Source of the DNA: Stegostoma tigrinum
Lineage: Eukaryota
Assembly: GCF_030684315.1 (NCBI RefSeq)
Contig: NC_081370.1
Span: 34,180,728-34,244,727 of the forward strand
Reading direction: 5' to 3'
Length of the DNA stretch: 64,000 nucleotides
Below are positions 52,601-64,000 of the stretch, piece by piece. Position 1 is the stretch's first letter. Each line of letters begins with the position of its first letter. Both the position numbers and the translations under genes were made by a program. Under the pieces are notes generated by a model. That model had not been told where the DNA came from, did no database searches, and worked only from the letters and a program-made list of their open reading frames with translations.

Positions 52601-53470
52601 CAAGATCACTGGGGTCTGTCTGCCTATCTTCTTGCCCCAAACCTACTGACCTCAGGCATAAGCATAGATACTTCCTGCAGGTGCAGGTTCAGCAATAGTT
52701 ACCACTGATGATGGGACTGCTGAGACTGCCAATATTGATGGCTGTCTAATAGGACACATGGATCTAGATGGACAGGTCATTCTATTTGCAAGATGGCAGC
52801 CTCAGCCATCAGCAACCTGGGTGAGAAATTACACCAAAGCTGATTGGTTACTGAATTGTACCTGTGGGGGACCTCCTTATTCTCTGGAATATCAACCATA
52901 AACACACTTCAGCAAGCATTACCCTTTTTGTCCTTGGCACTATTGGTGCCATTCTAGTATCCATCATTCAGCACATTCTCATTATGTCAGATTGTTGTGT
53001 CGTGAATGTCCCATCCCAGTGCTTGAGCAAATTCCATCTTGGAAACTCCAGAACATCATTATTGGAAAGACACATTTTCATAGTTGACATCATTTGGGTA
53101 AGTTATAATTCCTGGTAACTCAAATTCAAGAATTGATGACATTTTCATCTGAGAACTCCAGTAATCTATCTTGTAGAAAAACATTTGATTTGTTCAATGA
53201 TTTGATCACTTTGAGACATTTTGCAACTGCAGTACAGGACTATTTGAATCACCAAGTTATCGAGTTCTTCAAAAAATAGCTACTTTGCATTGACTGAGGT
53301 AAAAGAAGAATGGGGTGTATATGCACAGTGAGTAGCAGCTCTGCAAAGATAGAGACAATATTAATGCAGCATTAATCTGAAAACTGGTATAATATATCTT
53401 GAGGTAAATTTGTAAAGATCTTATGTTACTAGGTTTACCCTGACTATCTTGTATCTTTATGATGATGTAG

Positions 53471-53551
53471 AATCACAAGAGGTCTCTGAAAGTCAACAAA
53501 GTCATACTTGGGATACAAAACAAGATACAGAGAATCAGTCATTAGAGAAAC
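53471..53551 (+). CDS. Repeat exon C, unit 6
   Basis: Same as unit 1 exon C. Confidence 0.72.
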
Positions 53552-55907
53552 GTAAGTTGCTACAATTTAAAAGTGTGACCGATTAAGAAATTGTCTGGGT
53601 GCAATACCTGATCTAATGCAATACTCTCACACTGGAATTGAATCATTGCCTGCTAAATTGGTACAGGTCTGACAGTATGTGTTTAATTCTTGTCTCTGGA
53701 TCACAGGCTGTGCTGTACCATTTGCTACCTGCTGACTTACTTGATTTCAGGATGCTGCCAATGATATCCATGTTGTTCATTGGATGCATGCATTAGCAGA
53801 ACCTTTTATTGTGCGAGGCTAAAGTTACTTAAAGACAATCTCCAGCTCTGATAGGAGGAGTTGTTATTGCAAAAATTAGTGCACTCAGTTGCAAAATAAA
53901 CTTATGCTCTGATGCTTTGACCAAAAGTTAACTGTGTGAGGTAGCATCCAGTGAAGTCTTTCAGGAGGCTCAGAACTAGAGAACTAGGGTCAGCTATGAA
54001 AGAAGAAAGCCCTTCGGCCAGAAGTCAGTGCCATTGAACATACGTGAACTCAGTTGGATATATGAATAGATTCTATCTAGCCCATGAACAGGCTGTTTAG
54101 TAGCTAAAGGCATCCCGAAGGCAGTGACAGCATCAGCATTCTGGGCAACCTCAGCCCTTTAAGATCACCACGGTCAAATGGGAGAAAGGTTGTCTCCTTG
54201 CGAAATGATGGCCTCGACCATGAGCAACACTGGGTCCTACATTGCACCAAAGTAGATTTATTTATAACGTTGCAGCTGGGGGATGACCTCCCTACTCATC
54301 AGAATATTCAAACCCAAATATCCTTTGGAAAGGATCTCCTATTTGATTTGTTTGCACTACTGATGCGAATCTAATGTCCACCATTCAGCACTTGTCCTAT
54401 GTGTCAGATCATTCTGTGCTGATCTCCATTCTCAGTTCTAAGGCAAATTCCATCATGGAACCTCCAGTACACCATGATTGAAAAGATACAGTTTGGCAGT
54501 TGAAATCACTTGGGGAAAGTAAAATTTCTGTCTTCTCAAATTCAAGACTTGATTGGCGTTTTCTGACAAAAATGCAATGATCAATCCTTGCAACTAACTG
54601 TATGATTTGTACAATGATTTGACCACTTCAAGACATTTCACATGTGCACACCAGGACCATTTGAATCACTGATACATAGAATTCTTCAAAGAATAATTGT
54701 CCGAGGTAAATGTATAGCATCAACAGAAGCACAGGACAAATGACACACAGTGAGCAGCAGCTCTGCAATACTTCAGAGAAAATTAACGCAGCACTCATAA
54801 GAAGATTTGCCTCATCTGTGCATAGATGTATTTGGACTGAGCTCAAATGAACGTGCGAACTACGTGAACGCACAAAATCATTTTCACTGCGGTTTCTACT
54901 TGCTTATGTAGCTGAGTTTATGCTATCTTGTATTTTTGTGATGATATAGAAACACTGATCATTGCTGAGCATGAACAAAGCATTGCTACAAATACAAAAA
55001 AAAGACACAGAGGATCACTCAAAAGGGAAAGATAGATGCAATTATTTAAAACTAAGTGCAATTAAAAATAATTATCTGAATGAAACAGGTGATCTAATAC
55101 AAAACTGTAATGATTGAATCTGTTGAAGCCCTGGAAAATTTGGATGGAGATGACAGTGTGATTTAATTCCTGACTTTGCATGACAGACACACTGCACATT
55201 TTTCTTGGCTGCTAACTTCACTTTTCTGCCAATGAAATGCATTCTGTTAATTGAATTCAAGTATCAGCAGGGCCTTATATTGCCAGAAGGAGAAGTTACC
55301 AAAACCAAATCTCCATTTCATACAGTGGCCTCGTATAGTTACTGCACAGACTGGAGAAATCCTTTTGAAAATAAAATTCTGCTCTGGCCTGATTAACATC
55401 CGCCACGTTATTCAAAACATGCAGGATACAAGTACAGTTCAGAGAATATTTCCCCTTTTGATCCTTTGCACAATTGGTACAACTGTTACGGACATCATTC
55501 CACTCGTTTCTCTCTGTGGCAGAGTCAAATTGTTGGGTGATGCACTTGCATTCCAGTGCTTGAGCAAATTTGGTTTAGTAACCTCCAGAACATCAATGTT
55601 GAAAAGATACATTTTCATAGATAACATCACAATCAGGCAAGATGACATTTCCGATTTGTCAACATCAAGAACTGCTTACTTTTTAACCTGAGTTCTGTCC
55701 CTCCAGAAAACAACATGGGTTGTACAATGATTTGACCACTTTCCAATATTGTGCAAGTTCATTCCAGGTTATTTGAATCACCAAACTATTGCATTCATTG
55801 TACTGATCTCAAGGTAACATGTGTGAATGTCATTCTTGCACAAAAGCACTACTCTCTTATATTACTGGGCTTACTCTGCACATCTTGTATTTTTTATTAT
55901 GATGTAG

Positions 55908-55985
55908 AATCACCAGTAACAACTGAATCTCATCAAAATGCTGCTACGAATAAAGAAGGTGCAGAGGATCAATCAAAACAGAACG
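55908..55985 (+). CDS. Repeat exon E, unit 6
   Basis: Same as unit 1 exon E. Confidence 0.7.
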
Positions 55986-58900
55986 GTGCGTTATCATGAT
56001 ATAAAAATGTGACTAATTAATAAGTAATTATTTGGGTGCAAGGCCAGAACTAATGCAAAACTCTGACAATGGAATTTGACAAAGCCCTTTTAAACTAAGT
56101 AAATCGAGTTGACTGTACATATTTAATGGTGCATTATGCATTTTCGGTACCTGCTACATCATTTAACTTCAGTGAGCTTTAACGACATCCAACTTGTACA
56201 TTGGCTTCTTGCATGAGTAGGTCCTTATATTGTGAGTAGCACAAGTTACTCAAAGACAACATCCAGCTCCTAAACTGACTTACATTGTTACCTCAAAATG
56301 GGGTACACACACACATTCCGAAAATAAACTTTTGCTCTGACATTTCAACCAATGGTTAACATGTGTGAGATATAAAGCACTAAGCTTTTCACTAGGTGCA
56401 AAATTAGAGATCCAGGTGGAAAAATTAAAAAGGAGCATTGTGCTGTGTTCTGAGGGGAGCACGACGTATTCATGCAGGTATTCAGAAGCTAATAGAAAGA
56501 GAGCAGGTGAATTTCAGAATGTTGCTCCAAGCCCATGGATGCTGTTCAGGAAGAACTTTAAAAATCTGACTCAATTTGACCATATGAATGAGTTCATATA
56601 GAGAGGGCATCCATGCCAACTACACCATTCAGCCCATTCACCACATCTCCAACATCTAATTCCCAACAGCCAGCCTTCAAATACAAACTAATGTCATGAA
56701 CTCCTGAATCACTCACTGAACACAATTTGCACACACAACATTAAGCCGTTAAAAGAAAAGAGAAATTGCTGGAGAAGCTCACCAGGTCTGGTAGCATCGA
56801 TGAAGAGAAATCAGAGTTAACGTTTTAGGTCTGGTGGCCAATCCGAGCATCCTCTGTTTTTGTTTCTGCTTTGAAGCACCTGCAGTGCTTTCAATAGTTT
56901 TATTTCATGGCACGTTGTGGCTTTTCACTACCTGCTGCATTATTTGACTTCAGTGTGCTTCAACAAAATCCAAATTGTTCATTAGGTCCTTGCAGGAATA
57001 GGTCATAAAATTTGAGAAGCACAAATTTTTTAAGACAATCTCCATCTCCTAGATGGCCTTACATTGTTCCTCTAAAAGGTTGGTGCACACATTTTTGAAA
57101 TAATCTTGTGCTCTGACTTTTCGACCAGTGGTTAAAATGTATGACGTAGAATGTACTAACCTTTTCACTCGACGCAGAATTAAAGGTCCAGGTAGAGAAA
57201 TTGAAAAGGAGCAATGTACTGGTATTATAAATATTTATCTGAGTGAAGTACCTGATCTAGTACAAAACGATAACGATTGAATTTGATCAAGCCCTGAAGA
57301 CATTAAAATTCTAACTTGATACCACAATGCCCAACTCAACCCCTCATCTATCCTAATCTCTTTTCCACATACCTGCCAGCCTACCATTTCACCCACCAGC
57401 ACTCTATCTCCTCATACACCTCCCATCATCACCCCATGCACACCAGTTTCCCATCTCCTCACACACCTACCATCATCACCCTACACCGACCAGCACCCTA
57501 TCCCCTCACACACCTCCCATCATCACCCTACACCCACCAGCACCCTATCCCCTCACACACCTCCCATCATCACCCTACACCCACCAGCACCCTATCCCCT
57601 CACACGCCTCCCATCATCACCCTACATCCACCAGCACCCTATCCCCTCACACGCCTTCCATCATCACCCTACACCCACCAGCACCCATATCCCCTCACAC
57701 GCCTCCCATCATCACCCTACATCCACCAGCACCCTATCCCCTCACACACCTCCCATCTTCACCCTACACCCACCAGCACACTATCTCCTCACACACCTCA
57801 TGCCCTAACCCTCAACTTCTGACACTGTAAACCCTATACCACTCTGCCCTCAAGAAACACCTTAATTCTGACACAGTAACTGTCCCTGTATTGATCTCCA
57901 CCCTTCATTCGCATCCTCCAAACATCTGCCAAACTTCTGCAACTCTCTCCAACTCATTCCTGTACATACTTTGAGCACTTACACTTCCACGCAATGTGTC
58001 AGACTGGCTGCTGGATATTTACACCACAGCATATAGCACTGACTGCTGTCAATGGAGGCTTGCGTGGAGACTGTCTGATGAAGGGTGTAGGCCTGAAACG
58101 TCAGCTTTTGTGCTCCTGAGATGCTGCTGGGCCTGCTGTGTTCGTCCAGCCTCACACTTTATTATACTGGCTTGCAACTCATAATGCTTTTCCCCAGTGC
58201 AGCCTCCGGTGTTTCCTGGACAGGCTTTTTTGTGACGGTATGTTTCTGTCCAGGGAAATCCAGTTGAGAAGCTTGAAAAGTGTCAGTGATTAATTTGTTT
58301 TTGATCTTTTTGGCAATGGTATCCCCCGCCCCGATCACAAATTTTAGACCTGCCTGTTAAATTTCCAATCTAGAAATTGAGCAAGTACTTTGACAAATAC
58401 AGAGAACACTTTTGATGGAATGATGTATTCCTACATTTGGAGGAAGCAAAACAGGTGAATTTCAGAATTTTGCGCCAAGACCATGAATGCTGTTCTGGAA
58501 GACCTTTAATAACCTGATTGTGCCTGAGTTCATTTACAAAAGGCATTTCCTGCCAACTGCACCACAAACCATATTTACTACATCTCCATCATCTAACTGC
58601 CAATAATCAGTTCTCAAATCTCAATTTACCTGCTGAACTCATTAATCTCACATTGAACGCTGTGTCAAAACTTACATCCATAACTCAACGCACAAATAGT
58701 GGCAGCTTTTCAATGATGTAGAATTCAATGATTGTACACTTTTCCAAAATCTTTTATCATCTAAGATGATTGCACAAGAAACAAAGATTTCCCAGAGCTG
58801 TGCTTACCTGTGAAAGATGAAAGCAGTTGGTCATGAATACAGTGCCATTCAACATGCATGACCTTCAATGAAATGTGTACATACCTGACCCGAACCATGA

Positions 58901-59839
58901 CCAGGTTCCTGACAACAATAGCTGTCCTTCTGGTAGTGACAGCATCAGCACTTAGGAAACTCTGCCCACCAAGATCACTGGGGTCTGTCTGCCTATCTTC
59001 TTGCCCCAAACCTACTGACCTCAGGCATAAGCATAGATACTTCCTGCAGGTGCAGGTTCAGCAATAGTTACCACTGATGATGGGACTGCTGAGACTGCCA
59101 ATATTGATGGCTGTCTAATAGGACACATGGATCTAGATGGACAGGTCATTCTATTTGCAAGATGGCAGCCTCAGCCATCAGCAACCTGGGTGAGAAATTA
59201 CACCAAAGCTGATTGGTTACTGAATTGTACCTGTGGGGGACCTCCTTATTCTCTGGAATATCAACCATAAACACACTTCAGCAAGCATTACCCTTTTTGT
59301 CCTTGGCACTATTGGTGCCATTCTAGTATCCATCATTCAGCACATTCTCATTATGTCAGATTGTTGTGTCGTGAATGTCCCATCCCAGTTCTTGAGCAAA
59401 TTCCATCTTGGAAACTCCAGAACATCATTATTGGAAAGACACATTTTCATAGTTGACATCATTTGGGTAAGTTATAATTCCTGGTAACTCAAATTCAAGA
59501 ATTGATGACATTTTCATCTGAGAACTCCAGTAATCTATCTTGTAGAAAAACATTTGATTTGTTCAATGATTTGATCACTTTGAGACATTTTGCAACTGCA
59601 GTACAGGACTATTTGAATCACCAAGTTATCGAGTTCTTCAAAAAATAGCTACTTTGCATTGACTGAGGTAAAAGAAGAATGGGGTGTATATGCACAGTGA
59701 GTAGCAGCTCTGCAAAGATAGAGACAATATTAATGCAGCATTAATCTGAAAACTGGTATAATATATCTTGAGGTAAATTTGTAAAGATCTTATGTTACTA
59801 GGTTTACCCTGACTATCTTGTATCTTTATGATGATGTAG

Positions 59840-59920
59840 AATCACAAGAGGTCTCTGAAAGTCAACAAAGTCATACTTGGGATACAAAACAAGATACAGA
59901 GAATCAGTCATTAGAGAAAC
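59840..59920 (+). CDS. Repeat exon C, unit 7
   Basis: Same as unit 1 exon C. Confidence 0.72.
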
Positions 59921-62276
59921 GTAAGTTGCTACAATTTAAAAGTGTGACCGATTAAGAAATTGTCTGGGTGCAATACCTGATCTAATGCAATACTCTCACA
60001 CTGGAATTGAATCATTGCCTGCTAAATTGGTACAGGTCTGACAGTATGTGTTTAATTCTTGTCTCTGGATCACAGGCTGTGCTGTACCATTTGCTACCTG
60101 CTGACTTACTTGATTTCAGGATGCTGCCAATGATATCCATGTTGTTCATTGGATGCATGCATTAGCAGAACCTTTTATTGTGCGAGGCTAAAGTTACTTA
60201 AAGACAATCTCCAGCTCTGATAGGAGGAGTTGTTATTGCAAAAATTAGTGCACTCAGTTGCAAAATAAACTTATGCTCTGATGCTTTGACCAAAAGTTAA
60301 CTGTGTGAGGTAGCATCCAGTGAAGTCTTTCAGGAGGCTCAGAACTAGAGAACTAGGGTCAGCTATGAAAGAAGAAAGCCCTTCGGCCAGAAGTCAGTGC
60401 CATTGAACATACGTGAACTCAGTTGGATATATGAATAGATTCTATCTAGCCCATGAACAGGCTGTTTAGTAGCTAAAGGCATCCCGAAGGCAGTGACAGC
60501 ATCAGCATTCTGGGCAACCTCAGCCCTTTAAGATCACCACGGTCAAATGGGAGAAAGGTTGTCTCCTTGCGAAATGATGGCCTCGACCATGAGCAACACT
60601 GGGTCCTACATTGCACCAAAGTAGATTTATTTATAACGTTGCAGCTGGGGGATGACCTCCCTACTCATCAGAATATTCAAACCCAAATATCCTTTGGAAA
60701 GGATCTCCTATTTGATTCGTTTGCACTACTGATGCGAATCTAATGTCCACCATTCAGCACTTGTCCTATGTGTCAGATCATTCTGTGCTGATCTCCATTC
60801 TCAGTTCTAAGGCAAATTCCATCATGGAACCTCCAGTACACCATGATTGAAAAGATACAGTTTGGCAGTTGAAATCACTTGGGGAAAGTAAAATTTCTGT
60901 CTTCTCAAATTCAAGACTTGATTGGCGTTTTCTGACAAAAATGCAATGATCAATCCTTGCAACTAACTGTATGATTTGTACAATGATTTGACCACTTCAA
61001 GACATTTCACATGTGCACACCAGGACCATTTGAATCACTGATACATAGAATTCTTCAAAGAATAATTGTCCGAGGTAAATGTATAGCATCAACAGAAGCA
61101 CAGGACAAATGACACACAGTGAGCAGCAGCTCTGCAATACTTCAGAGAAAATTAACGCAGCACTCATAAGAAGATTTGCCTCATCTGTGCATAGATGTAT
61201 TTGGACTGAGCTCAAATGAACGTGCGAACTACGTGAACGCACAAAATCATTTTCACTGCGGTTTCTACTTGCTTATGTAGCTGAGTTTATGCTATCTTGT
61301 ATTTTTGTGATGATATAGAAACACTGATCATTGCTGAGCATGAACAAAGCATTGCTACAAATACAAAAAAAAGACACAGAGGATCACTCAAAAGGGAAAG
61401 ATAGATGCAATTATTTAAAACTAAGTGCAATTAAAAATAATTATCTGAATGAAACAGGTGCTCTAATACAAAACTGTAATGATTGAATCTGTTGAAGCCC
61501 TGGAAAATTTGGATGGAGATGACAGTGTGATTTAATTCCTGACTTTGCATGACAGACACACTGCACATTTTTCTTGGCTGCTAACTTCACTTTTCTGCCA
61601 ATGAAATGCATTCTGTTAATTGAATTCAAGTATCAGCAGGGCCTTATATTGCCAGAAGGAGAAGTTACCAAAACCAAATCTCCATTTCATACAGTGGCCT
61701 CGTATAGTTACTGCACAGACTGGAGAAATCCTTTTGAAAATAAAATTCTGCTCTGGCCTGATTAACATCCGCCACGTTATTCAAAACATGCAGGATACAA
61801 GTACAGTTCAGAGAATATTTCCCCTTTTGATCCTTTGCACAATTGGTACAACTGTTACGGACATCATTCCACTCGTTTCTCTCTGTGGCAGAGTCAAATT
61901 GTTGGGTGATGCACTTGCATTCCAGTGCTTGAGCAAATTTGGTTTAGTAACCTCCAGAACATCAATGTTGAAAAGATACATTTTCATAGATAACATCACA
62001 ATCAGGCAAGATGACATTTCCGATTTGTCAACATCAAGAACTGCTTACTTTTTAACCTGAGTTCTGTCCCTCCAGAAAACAACATGGGTTGTACAATGAT
62101 TTGACCACTTTCCAATATTGTGCAAGTTCATTCCAGGTTATTTGAATCACCAAACTATTGCATTCATTGTACTGATCTCAAGGTAACATGTGTGAATGTC
62201 ATTCTTGCACAAAAGCACTACTCTCTTATATTACTGGGCTTACTCTGCACATCTTGTATTTTTTATTATGATGTAG

Positions 62277-62354
62277 AATCACCAGTAACAACTGAATCTC
62301 ATCAAAATGCTGCTACGAATAAAGAAGGTGCAGAGGATCAATCAAAACAGAACG
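62277..62354 (+). CDS. Repeat exon E, unit 7
   Basis: Same as unit 1 exon E. Confidence 0.7.
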
Positions 62355-64000
62355 GTGCGTTATCATGATATAAAAATGTGACTAATTAATAAGTAATTAT
62401 TTGGGTGCAAGGCCAGAACTAATGCAAAACTCTGACAAAGGAATTTGACAAAGCCCTTTTAAACTAAGTAAATCGAGTTGACTGTACATATTTAATGGTG
62501 CATTATGCATTTTCGGTACCTGCTACATCATTTAACTTCAGTGAGCTTTAACGACATCCAACTTGTACATTGGCTTCTTGCATGAGTAGGTCCTTATATT
62601 GTGAGTAGCACAAGTTACTCAAAGACAACATCCAGCTCCTAAACTGACTTACATTGTTACCTCAAAATGGGGTACACACACACATTCCGAAAATAAACTT
62701 TTGCTCTGACATTTCAACCAATGGTTAACATGTGTGAGATATAAAGCACTAAGCTTTTCACTAGGTGCAAAATTAGAGATCCAGGTGGAAAAATTAAAAA
62801 GGAGCATTGTGCTGTGTTCTGAGGGGAGCACGACGTATTCATGCAGGTATTCAGAAGCTAATAGAAAGAGAGCAGGTGAATTTCAGAATGTTGCTCCAAG
62901 CCCATGGATGCTGTTCAGGAAGAACTTTAAAAATCTGACTCAATTTGACCATATGAATGAGTTCATATAGAGAGGGCATCCATGCCAACTACACCATTCA
63001 GCCCATTCACCACATCTCCAACATCTAATTCCCAACAGCCAGCCTTCAAATACAAACTAATGTCATGAACTCCTGAATCACTCACTGAACACAATTTGCA
63101 CACACAACATTAAGCCGTTAAAAGAAAAGAGAAATTGCTGGAGAAGCTCACCAGATCTGGTAGCATCGATGAAGAGAAATCAGAGTTAACGTTTTAGGTC
63201 TGGTGGCCAATCCGAGCATCCTCTGTTTTTGTTTCTGCTTTGAAGCACCTGCAGTGCTTTCAATAGTTTTATTTCATGGCACGTTGTGGCTTTTCACTAC
63301 CTGCTGCATTATTTGACTTCAGTGTGCTTCAACAAAATCCAAATTGTTCATTAGGTCCTTGCAGGAATAGGTCATAAAATTTGAGAAGCACAAATTTTTT
63401 AAGACAATCTCCATCTCCTAGATGGCCTTACATTGTTCCTCTAAAAGGTTGGTGCACACATTTTTGAAATAATCTTGTGCTCTGACTTTTCGACCAGTGG
63501 TTAAAATGTATGACGTAGAATGTACTAACCTTTTCACTCGACACAGAATTAAAGGTCCAGGTAGAGAAATTGAAAAGGAGCAATGTACTGGTATTATAAA
63601 TATTTATCTGAGTGAAGTACCTGATCTAGTACAAAACGATAACGATTGAATTTGATCAAGCCCTGAAGACATTAAAATTCTAACTTGATACCACAATGCC
63701 CAACTCAACCCCTCATCTATCCTAATCTCTTTTCCACATACCTGCCAGCCTACCATTTCACCCACCAGCACTCTATCTCCTCATACACCTCCCATCATCA
63801 CCCCATGCACACCAGTTTCCCATCTCCTCACACACCTACCATCATCACCCTACACCGACCAGCACCCTATCCCCTCACACACCTCCCATCATCACCCTAC
63901 ACCCACCAGCACCCTATCCCCTCACACACCTCCCATCATCACCCTACACCCACCAGCACCCTATCTCCTCACACGCCTCCCATCATCACCCTACATCCAC

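Larger units (their letters stand above)
19039..64000 (+). repeat. ~6.37-kb near-identical tandem array (macrosatellite): 7 complete units plus a partial 8th, continuing past the window end
   Basis: Units start at gaagac(t/a)ttaa(g/a)attctaacttga: 19039, 25501, 31869, 38237, 44606, 50927, 57296 and 63665. The same ORFs recur at offsets of 6368, 6369 or 6322 bp with only scattered SNPs. Confidence 0.98.

Noticed and set aside
19039-64000. Array as a pure assembly artefact
   Set aside because: Units differ by shared SNPs and by whole VNTR monomers. The exact copy number still needs read-level confirmation.

Overview
Vertebrate genomic DNA, most likely from a shark or ray, judging by HE1-like V-SINEs, CR1 LINEs and shark-type Penelope elements. 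It is not microbial. The window holds the middle and 3' part of one + strand immunoglobulin-superfamily type I membrane protein gene. A C1-set Ig exon (6787-7137, B7-H6/NCR3LG1-like) is followed by a transmembrane exon (12408-12506) and then a series of small phase 1-1 cytoplasmic exons that the ORF track misses or shows only with flanking intron. Two 96-bp exons (14474-14569, 14819-14914) come first. From about 19039 to the end of the window there is a near-identical tandem array with a ~6.37-kb unit (7 full units plus the start of an 8th). Each unit carries two intact in-frame exons (81 bp and 78 bp) and one broken or possibly terminal exon. It also carries a 47-bp C-rich VNTR and a Penelope-derived hammerhead-ribozyme-like motif. 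If spliced as predicted, the receptor has an acidic, tyrosine-free cytoplasmic tail of more than 430 aa whose length is set by array copy number. The introns in 1-19 kb hold a near-intact 5'-truncated CR1, a Tx1-like fragment, several SINEs, a tRNA-Thr pseudogene, and an internally deleted Penelope element with a 15-bp target-site duplication. The gene's 5' exons and its true last exon are not visible. All splicing is predicted from sequence only.
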